DNA of 64,000 nucleotides from an uncultured delta proteobacterium. GTDB lineage: Bacteria; Myxococcota_A; Polyangia; Polyangiales; Polyangiaceae. Each line of letters starts with the position of its first letter. Position 1 is the stretch's first letter. The translations under genes and the position numbers were made by a program. The notes under the pieces were generated by a model, which was not told the DNA's origin, made no database searches, and saw nothing but the letters and a program-made list of their open reading frames with translations. Positions 58,301 to 64,000 of this stretch are shown here, piece by piece. The stretch is from the NCBI GenBank assembly GCA_963850305.1, contig CAWKKR010000007.1, forward strand, positions 672,001-736,000. Reading direction: 5' to 3'.

Positions 58301-61300
58301 CTGACCGCGCCGCGGCGCTGCACGCTCGCGTGCTCGAGCACGCTCCAGGAAACGTGGTTGCGCTCGCGGCGTTACCGCGGTTGCTGCTCGCGACGGGCAA
58401 CGCCAAGGGCGCCGCGGAAGTTCTCGAGAAACATCGCGAGAACACGAGCGGCGCGGAGCGCGCGGACGTCGAGACGGAGCTTGCAGAGCTCTACATCGAA
58501 CGGCTCGGTCGACCCGCGGACGCGCTCGAGGCCGTCGGGCGCGTGCTCGAGCTTTCGCCCCACGATCCGCGTGCGATTTCGGCGCTGCGCCGTCTTCTGG
58601 CGCACAAGGAAACGAAAGAGCGGGCTGCCGAGATCCTCGCCACGGAATACGCCGCCACGGGTGACTCACGCCAGGAAGCCGATGCGTTGAGCCAGATGCT
58701 CGCCGCGGCATCTCGCCCGGAAGAGCGAAGGGCTCTGTACCTGCGGCTCTGCGACGTGCACGAGCAGAAGCTCTCGTCTTCGAACGCCGCGCTCGACGTC
58801 ATGCTGCGCGCCGTTCGTGAGTTTCCGGCGGATCTCGAGCTCTGGCGTCGCGCCGAGTCGCTCTCGGCGTCCGCGAACCGGCCGACGGATCTCGCGGAGG
58901 CGTTCCGCGAGGCGCTGCGCGCGGAGCTCCCGCCGGAAGCGGAGCTCGAGCTCTGCGAGCAAGCCGCGCGCCTTCACGAGGAGCGCCTCGGGGATCCCGT
59001 GGGAGCATCGCCGTATCTGGAGCGTGTCCTCGTTCGCGATCCCGGGAACGAGCGGGCGTTCACCCGGCTGAAGCAAATCCTCACCGGTGCGGAGCGATGG
59101 GCGGAGCTGGAGGCCCTGTACGATCGAGCCGCCGCGGCCACCGAGGACCCGATCCTGAAGACGGAGATGCTCTCGGAGGTCGCGCTCGTGTGCGAGGAGA
59201 TCATCGAGGACCCCGTCAAGGCGACACGGTCGTACGAACGCATTCTCGAGGTCGATCCGAACCACGAAGGCGCGCTCGTCGCGCTCGATCGTCTGTACGA
59301 GCAGCAGGGTCGGCACAAGGACCTCGCGGCGCTGCTCGAGCGTCGTCTGGGCTCCGCGCTCGGGGAGGCGAGCCTCGACATGAAGCTGCGTCTCGGTCGG
59401 ATCCAGCTCGACGTATTGCACGAGCCGGGGAAGGCCGCGGGTCACATCGAGGACGTCCTCCGGGAGCGCTCGAACGACTACGATGCGCGGCGGCTTGCGG
59501 AGCGGCTTCTCGAGATCGGAGACCATCGCATCCGCGCGGCTCGCATGCTCGAAGCCGTCTACGAAGCCCGCGACGAGGTCCGGGATCTCGTGCGGGTGCT
59601 GGAGATCCGGCTCCAGGCGCTCGACGAAGCGGCCGGGAACGCGAACGCCATCGACGACGAGCGGAAGGAACTCCTTCGGCGCATCGCCGCTTTCCGCGAC
59701 GAGCGTCTTCACGACGATGCGGGGGCGATCGATGCACTGTCCCGGTACGTTCCGAGCGAGCCGCTGGACGGGGATGCTCGGGCGCGGTTGCTCGACATCG
59801 GAAGGCGACTCGGCGCGCAGGCCCGCGTCGCGGACGTGCTCGAGCGAGCGAGCAACGGGGCGGACACGCCCGGGATGCGCGGGGAGATCCTCACCGAAGT
59901 GGCGAAGATCTACGAAGAGCAGCTCGGCAACCCCGGCAAGGCCGAGGAGACGTACCGGAAGGTCCTCGAGATCGACCCGGACGACGCGGCGCTTGCGCTT
60001 CCCGCCGCGCGCGCCCTCGAGCACATCTATCTGGCCTCGAACGCGCACGAGAAGCTCCGCGATACTCTGAGGACGCAGATCCGACTCGAGAGCGATCCCG
60101 ATGTGCGGACCGAGCTCGAAGGTCGGCTCGGCACGCTCTGCGAGACCGTCCTCGACGATCCGGACGGCGCCATCGTCGCGTGGAAGTCGCGGCTCGAGGA
60201 AAATTCGTCGGATGCCGCCGCCCTCTCGTCGCTGGATCGCCTGTACGAGCGGACCGGCAGGTTCAAGGACCTCGTTCAGATTCTCGAGGCGCGCCGGGAT
60301 CGTACGGAGGTTCCGTCCGAGCGCCGAGAACTCATGCGACGGGCGGCCGAGACGTTTGCCGGAAAACTTTCGGCAGAGTCGGAGGCCATCGACACCTGGC
60401 GCGCGATCGTGGACGAGTTCGGCCCGAATGCGGAAGCCCTCGGCGCACTCGAGACGCTATACGCGGCCGGCTCGCGCAACCAGGATCTCGCGGACACTTA
60501 CGAGGCACACCTCGACATCGTCGACGCCGGCGAAGAGCGGCTCGCGCTACTCGCGAAGCTCGGAGACTTGCGTCGCGAGCGGCTCTCGGATGCCGCGGGA
60601 GCGCTCGGCGCCTATCGTCAGGCCCTGTCCATCGATACGCGCCACGCGCCCAGCCGCGAAGCGCTGGAGAAACTGCTCGCTTCGGAGGACATCCCGACGC
60701 GGCGCGAGGCCGCCGAGATCCTGCATCCCATTTACGAAACGGACGGCGACAGCGAGCGGCTGCTCCGCGTGCTCGAAGTGGAAATTCTCTGCGCGGACGA
60801 TCCGGAGTCCAAGCTTGCCGGTCTCGAGAAGGCGGTGAACGTCTCGTACGGCTTCATGAACGATGCGCCGCGCGCGTTCGGCTATGCCGAGCGCGGCGTG
60901 CGTGAAGCGGCCGGGCACGCGGATGTCCGTCCGTGGCTCGCCCAGATCGAGCGCCTTGCAGCGGCTACCGGGCGGCGCGCCGAGCAAGTGTCGCTCCTCC
61001 GCGAGGCGGTCACGGAGATCTTCGACGGTGACACGCAATTCGCCGTGACCGAACGCATCGCGACGCTCGCTCGTGAGGTTCTGAAGGATCTACCGCTGGC
61101 GCGCGAGTACTACGAGAAAGCCGCGGAGCTACGTCCGGACGACCGCGGCACGCTGGTGGCGCTGGAATCGCTCTACGAGGAGATGGGAGACGCGCCGGCT
61201 TTGCTCGGCGTTCTCGAGCGCCGCGCCGAGGTGGCTCAAACGGACTCCGAGAAGAAAGAGCTCCTGTTCCGCCGCGCGAAGCTGCTCGCGGAGAAACTCG

Positions 61301-64000
61301 GCGATCGACCGCGGGCCATCGAGGTCTATGAAACGATTCTCGACCTCGATCTCGATCGGGGCGCCGTCGACGCGCTCGAGTCGCTGTACGGTTCCGAAGA
61401 ACGCTGGGATGATCTCGTCTCACTGTATCAACGGCAGCTCGATGCTCCCGGGTCTTCGGCTGCGGATCTGCACGTCAAGATCGCCCGCGTGGCAGCGCGA
61501 CACCTCAAGGACTCGACGCGTGCATTCGACGAGCTCGAGGCAGCCCTCGACCTCGAACGGCAGCACGATGGCGCGATCGCCGAGCTCGAGAGAGTGCTCG
61601 GATCGGACGAGGACAAGGAGCAACGAGCTCGCGCCGCGGGCCTGCTCGAACCGATTTACCTGATTCGCTCCGATTACGATCGCGTCATGCGTTCCATCTC
61701 GGCGCGCCTGGACGCGACGGACGATCCGGCGCTCAGACATGAGCTCCTGACGCGCCTCGCGCACCTCTACGAGGAGCAGAAGGAAGATTACGTCGCGGCC
61801 CTCGATACGACCGCGAAGCTTTTTCACGACGACATCGCGGACGAGTCCACTCTCGCAGAGCTCGAGAGACTGGCGAAGGTCGCGGGCGCCGAAAAGCGCC
61901 TCGCTGAGATCTACGCGACGGAGCTCGAGCCTCTGCACGGCGATGATCCGATGACGGCGAAGCTCGCGGCGCGCACCGGGGAGATCTTTGCGAGTCTTGG
62001 AGACAGCGATCGGGCGCTTTCGTTCTATCGGCGCGCGCTCGCGTTCGAGCCGGACAGCAATGCATTGTTCGGCGCCGTCGACGGCCTCCTGGAACGCACG
62101 GGCCGTCACGAGGAACGAGTGGGGCTCTACAAGTCCGGTCTGGATCACAAGTACGAGCCCGCCGACCGTTTGAAGTTCCTGCACACCATCGCGGGACTCG
62201 AGCGCCGCGAGCTCGGCCGGCCCGACGCCGCGATCGAGACGTACCGCCAAGCCGTCGACGTCGACGAAACCGACGCGCGCGCCCTGGATGCGCTCGCCGA
62301 ACTCTACGGCGAACGCGGCCGCCACTCGGATCTCGCGGACCTTTTGCTCCGGCGGGCCGAGTCCGCGAATTCGCCGGACGCGGCGGCAGGCTACCGTCTG
62401 ACGCTCGCGCGGCTGCTGAAGGACAAGCTCGGCGATGCGGGTCGCGCGATCGACCAGCTGGAGGAGATCGTCCGCGCCGCCCCGCATCATCAGGAAGCGG
62501 TGGCCGAGCTCGAGGCCCTCAAGGAGGACGAGGCTTACCGCGAGCGGGTCGTCGAGATCCTGCGACCTCTCTACGAAGGAGCCGACGACTGGCGGAGGCT
62601 CATCAAGTTGAACGAGGATCGCTACGGCCTCGCTCGGGACATCGCCGAGAAGGTGGCGGTCCTGCGGGAGACGTCCGCGCTCTGGGAACAGCGCGGCGAA
62701 GATCGGGATCGCGCGCGGCGTGCGCTGGCGATTGCGGTCGAACTCGACCCGGACGACGCGGACGTGCGTGCGGAATACGAGCGGCTCGTGGAGGCAACCA
62801 GCGCCTGGGACGAGCTGGCGGAGAGCTACGAGTCCGCCCTTCGCGAAAATCCGGATCTTGCGTCGAAGCCGGCGCTATTGTCGATGCTCGCGTCCGTGCA
62901 CGACACGCGGCGCGACGATCCTCGCCGCGCCCTCGACGCCTACGATCGGCTCCGGGAGCTCGACGCGAGCGAGCTTGGTCCGCTGGAGAAGATGGAGCAG
63001 CTGGCGACGCTCCTGAGCGACTGGGCGGTGCTCGATCGTGTGCTGACGGCAAAGGCCGAGCTCGTTCTCGAGGACGATGAACGCGCGAGCATCTTCCGTC
63101 GCGTGGGCGAGGCGCGGCGCGACATGCTGGACGATCGGACGGGGGCGATCGCCGCCTACGAGCGCGCCGCGGAGCTCGATCCCGAGAGTACGTTCACGGT
63201 CGATTGCCTGATCGACCTCTACGAGACCAAGGGCGACGCCGCCCGCCTGGTCGAGCTTTATCAGCGGCGTGTCGAGCTGGCCTCGGAAGACGATGCGGAG
63301 CTCAAGTACGAGCTTCTCGTCAAATCCGCGGACTGTTACGAGACGAAGCTCGAGAACAGGCCCCGCGCGATCGAATCGATGAACCAGGCGCTGTCCGTGC
63401 GGCCCGGGGACACCGCCGTGCTCGGCGCCCTCAATCGCCTGTATCGCGCGGAGGAGATGTGGCCCGAGCTGCTGGAGAATCTCCGCCTCGAGGCGTCGAG
63501 CTGCGAGTCCGTCGAGCAGCGAGCGAACCTGCGAAAGCAGATCGCTCAGATCCTCTCGAACAAAATGTCGAGCTACGAGGACGCGCTGGAGGCTTACGGG
63601 CTCGTTCTCGGAGAGCTGCCCGGTGACGCCGAGGCGACCGTCGCCGCGCGGAAGCTCGGAGAGGAGCACGAGCACCTGCGTCCGGCGGCAGCGGCCATCC
63701 TGGTTCCCGTCTTGTCGCAAGGCGGCCGGCATCAAGAGCTCGTGGACGTGCTCGAACTCCGGCTGACGACGGAGACCGAGCCGGGGGCCCGAGCCGCGAC
63801 GCTGCGCGCGATCGCCGAGGTGCTGGATCGGGATCTGAAGCGCCCCGGCGACGCTGAATCGGCGCTTCTTCGCGCCGTCGCGGAGCAGCCGGAAGCCGCC
63901 GACTTGCATTCGGAAATAGAGAGGCTCGCCCAGGCGAGCGATGGCTGGGCGCGCTATGCCGACGTGCTCGGCGAGCGTGCGCAGGCGACGTTCGACGTGT
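55372..64000 (+). CDS. Giant TPR protein, AgmK/GltI-like; 3'-partial, more than 2870 aa
   Basis: ATG 55372 (MDSQEIRTALGELQEDP). Frame 1 reads as continuous TPR-like helices to the window end. It is absent from the ORF track, consistent with no stop being reached. Confidence 0.85.
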   Translation, partial: MDSQEIRTALGELQEDPDRKETWEKLAAAVGIPGGDLAPADALRIMARARRAHEARDEVEAVAALLALEVKIAARTLDEAALVAEESRVLRDELFDEDAALVADLRTLELAPDEPKAAAALVESEEKRARWQELSQTYLDEASSAPDDVYKSSMLMRAAEMELRFAGDHGNAARVVERLEEASSLDPGNARAAKMMERLYRRAERWTDVARVLTQATMHVTDPAARASAAVRLGRVQCFRLRDPAAAAAVYERLLKDQPANAEAIRFLADHYSRTENWDALVAFFERQIPEAEQSKADRLGDMLQIGMLHWRKREKLEDAEPWFERIRKLEPGNLGMLAFFRDYFEKIGDAGRQTAVLQGAQRVLPEGPDKVEVTQQLARLAEGQKDGQKAIEQYKALLRQNPDDEDSRERLKDLYRRTQGYNALVELLRQQLERTDAADGPKRLEILREVANLYRSSIKSDTALVSVLNQILQIDERDIEAVRELIALYEKLGRARDLLASQQKLAELSSDPTEKAELFRLIARRWLEQFSNVQNATQAFEGLLKILPGDPEACQNLSELYKKRRAWPQLFELYQSQVGTLEGGERLTLMTEMAQLAAERLGRGDDAAKLYREILAADPGNAQVLDALERHAERAKDWPTLAEALERRVDALSDPGARLAVLQKLGTVYAEHVGDHQGAVRAWRRVLELQPGHQRALRVLRDSYLLAGDYGGLEELYASQGDWEGLAEVLSNTADRAKEGAAKIELSYRAAGVYKDRLRQPERAFRSYERILATDPNDTRAAKELIPLYEAEEKWPRLPALHELLVERTEDEAEKLAHLQRLVEIAGERLSDRNAAATYARRAYAIAPDDAAVLASFQSAAAAAGAWPLFVEAVEERAKKVKKKKRRPLELLLADVYTRELSRTDDAIGIYKRLLESDATDTEAGTALEAILRREGRRDDLRWLLGLRVENAASDDERVRVLGEWATLEEESFAEPDRAAALHARVLEHAPGNVVALAALPRLLLATGNAKGAAEVLEKHRENTSGAERADVETELAELYIERLGRPADALEAVGRVLELSPHDPRAISALRRLLAHKETKERAAEILATEYAATGDSRQEADALSQMLAAASRPEERRALYLRLCDVHEQKLSSSNAALDVMLRAVREFPADLELWRRAESLSASANRPTDLAEAFREALRAELPPEAELELCEQAARLHEERLGDPVGASPYLERVLVRDPGNERAFTRLKQILTGAERWAELEALYDRAAAATEDPILKTEMLSEVALVCEEIIEDPVKATRSYERILEVDPNHEGALVALDRLYEQQGRHKDLAALLERRLGSALGEASLDMKLRLGRIQLDVLHEPGKAAGHIEDVLRERSNDYDARRLAERLLEIGDHRIRAARMLEAVYEARDEVRDLVRVLEIRLQALDEAAGNANAIDDERKELLRRIAAFRDERLHDDAGAIDALSRYVPSEPLDGDARARLLDIGRRLGAQARVADVLERASNGADTPGMRGEILTEVAKIYEEQLGNPGKAEETYRKVLEIDPDDAALALPAARALEHIYLASNAHEKLRDTLRTQIRLESDPDVRTELEGRLGTLCETVLDDPDGAIVAWKSRLEENSSDAAALSSLDRLYERTGRFKDLVQILEARRDRTEVPSERRELMRRAAETFAGKLSAESEAIDTWRAIVDEFGPNAEALGALETLYAAGSRNQDLADTYEAHLDIVDAGEERLALLAKLGDLRRERLSDAAGALGAYRQALSIDTRHAPSREALEKLLASEDIPTRREAAEILHPIYETDGDSERLLRVLEVEILCADDPESKLAGLEKAVNVSYGFMNDAPRAFGYAERGVREAAGHADVRPWLAQIERLAAATGRRAEQVSLLREAVTEIFDGDTQFAVTERIATLAREVLKDLPLAREYYEKAAELRPDDRGTLVALESLYEEMGDAPALLGVLERRAEVAQTDSEKKELLFRRAKLLAEKLGDRPRAIEVYETILDLDLDRGAVDALESLYGSEERWDDLVSLYQRQLDAPGSSAADLHVKIARVAARHLKDSTRAFDELEAALDLERQHDGAIAELERVLGSDEDKEQRARAAGLLEPIYLIRSDYDRVMRSISARLDATDDPALRHELLTRLAHLYEEQKEDYVAALDTTAKLFHDDIADESTLAELERLAKVAGAEKRLAEIYATELEPLHGDDPMTAKLAARTGEIFASLGDSDRALSFYRRALAFEPDSNALFGAVDGLLERTGRHEERVGLYKSGLDHKYEPADRLKFLHTIAGLERRELGRPDAAIETYRQAVDVDETDARALDALAELYGERGRHSDLADLLLRRAESANSPDAAAGYRLTLARLLKDKLGDAGRAIDQLEEIVRAAPHHQEAVAELEALKEDEAYRERVVEILRPLYEGADDWRRLIKLNEDRYGLARDIAEKVAVLRETSALWEQRGEDRDRARRALAIAVELDPDDADVRAEYERLVEATSAWDELAESYESALRENPDLASKPALLSMLASVHDTRRDDPRRALDAYDRLRELDASELGPLEKMEQLATLLSDWAVLDRVLTAKAELVLEDDERASIFRRVGEARRDMLDDRTGAIAAYERAAELDPESTFTVDCLIDLYETKGDAARLVELYQRRVELASEDDAELKYELLVKSADCYETKLENRPRAIESMNQALSVRPGDTAVLGALNRLYRAEEMWPELLENLRLEASSCESVEQRANLRKQIAQILSNKMSSYEDALEAYGLVLGELPGDAEATVAARKLGEEHEHLRPAAAAILVPVLSQGGRHQELVDVLELRLTTETEPGARAATLRAIAEVLDRDLKRPGDAESALLRAVAEQPEAADLHSEIERLAQASDGWARYADVLGERAQATFDV

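Noticed and set aside
54601..63909. Long minus-strand ORFs (for example 54601-57453, 58666-60048, 61420-62490)
   Set aside because: Antisense shadows of the giant plus-strand TPR gene, caused by high-GC codon bias.

Overview
High-GC bacterial chromosomal segment whose gene content (Cys-rich repeat lipoproteins, Gly/Ser-rich linkers, a giant AgmK/GltI-like TPR protein) points to Myxococcota, probably Polyangiaceae-like. This is an inference from protein style, not a taxonomic search. There are about 48 genes, many encoding secreted or lipoproteins. Recognisable genes are efp, ftsH, a TolC-MFP-RND efflux operon, a KdpDE-like two-component pair, beta-carbonic anhydrase, pirin, FKBP, SDR and GMC oxidoreductases, GDT1, Coq4, and TetR, AraC and ECF regulators. 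I saw no rRNA, tRNA, CRISPR array, transposase or integrase. Most interesting: (1) an orphan, apparently lipid-anchored six-Cys bufferin-like RiPP precursor beside an internally deleted NrsF-type anti-sigma gene, with an ECF-type promoter and an unpartnered ECF sigma 33 kb away; (2) a DUF3015 / DUF4105 (Lnb-like, beta-barrel-fused) / alpha-beta hydrolase operon; (3) a lipase maturation factor gene apparently co-transcribed with an 18-repeat Cys-rich lipoprotein; (4) a TetR-controlled Coq4 with a clear operator; (5) two paralogous stalk-plus-Gly-rich-tip surface proteins, one split by a +1 frameshift at the stalk/tip junction; (6) two intergenic repeat elements. All family assignments are from motif recognition by eye; no searches were run.
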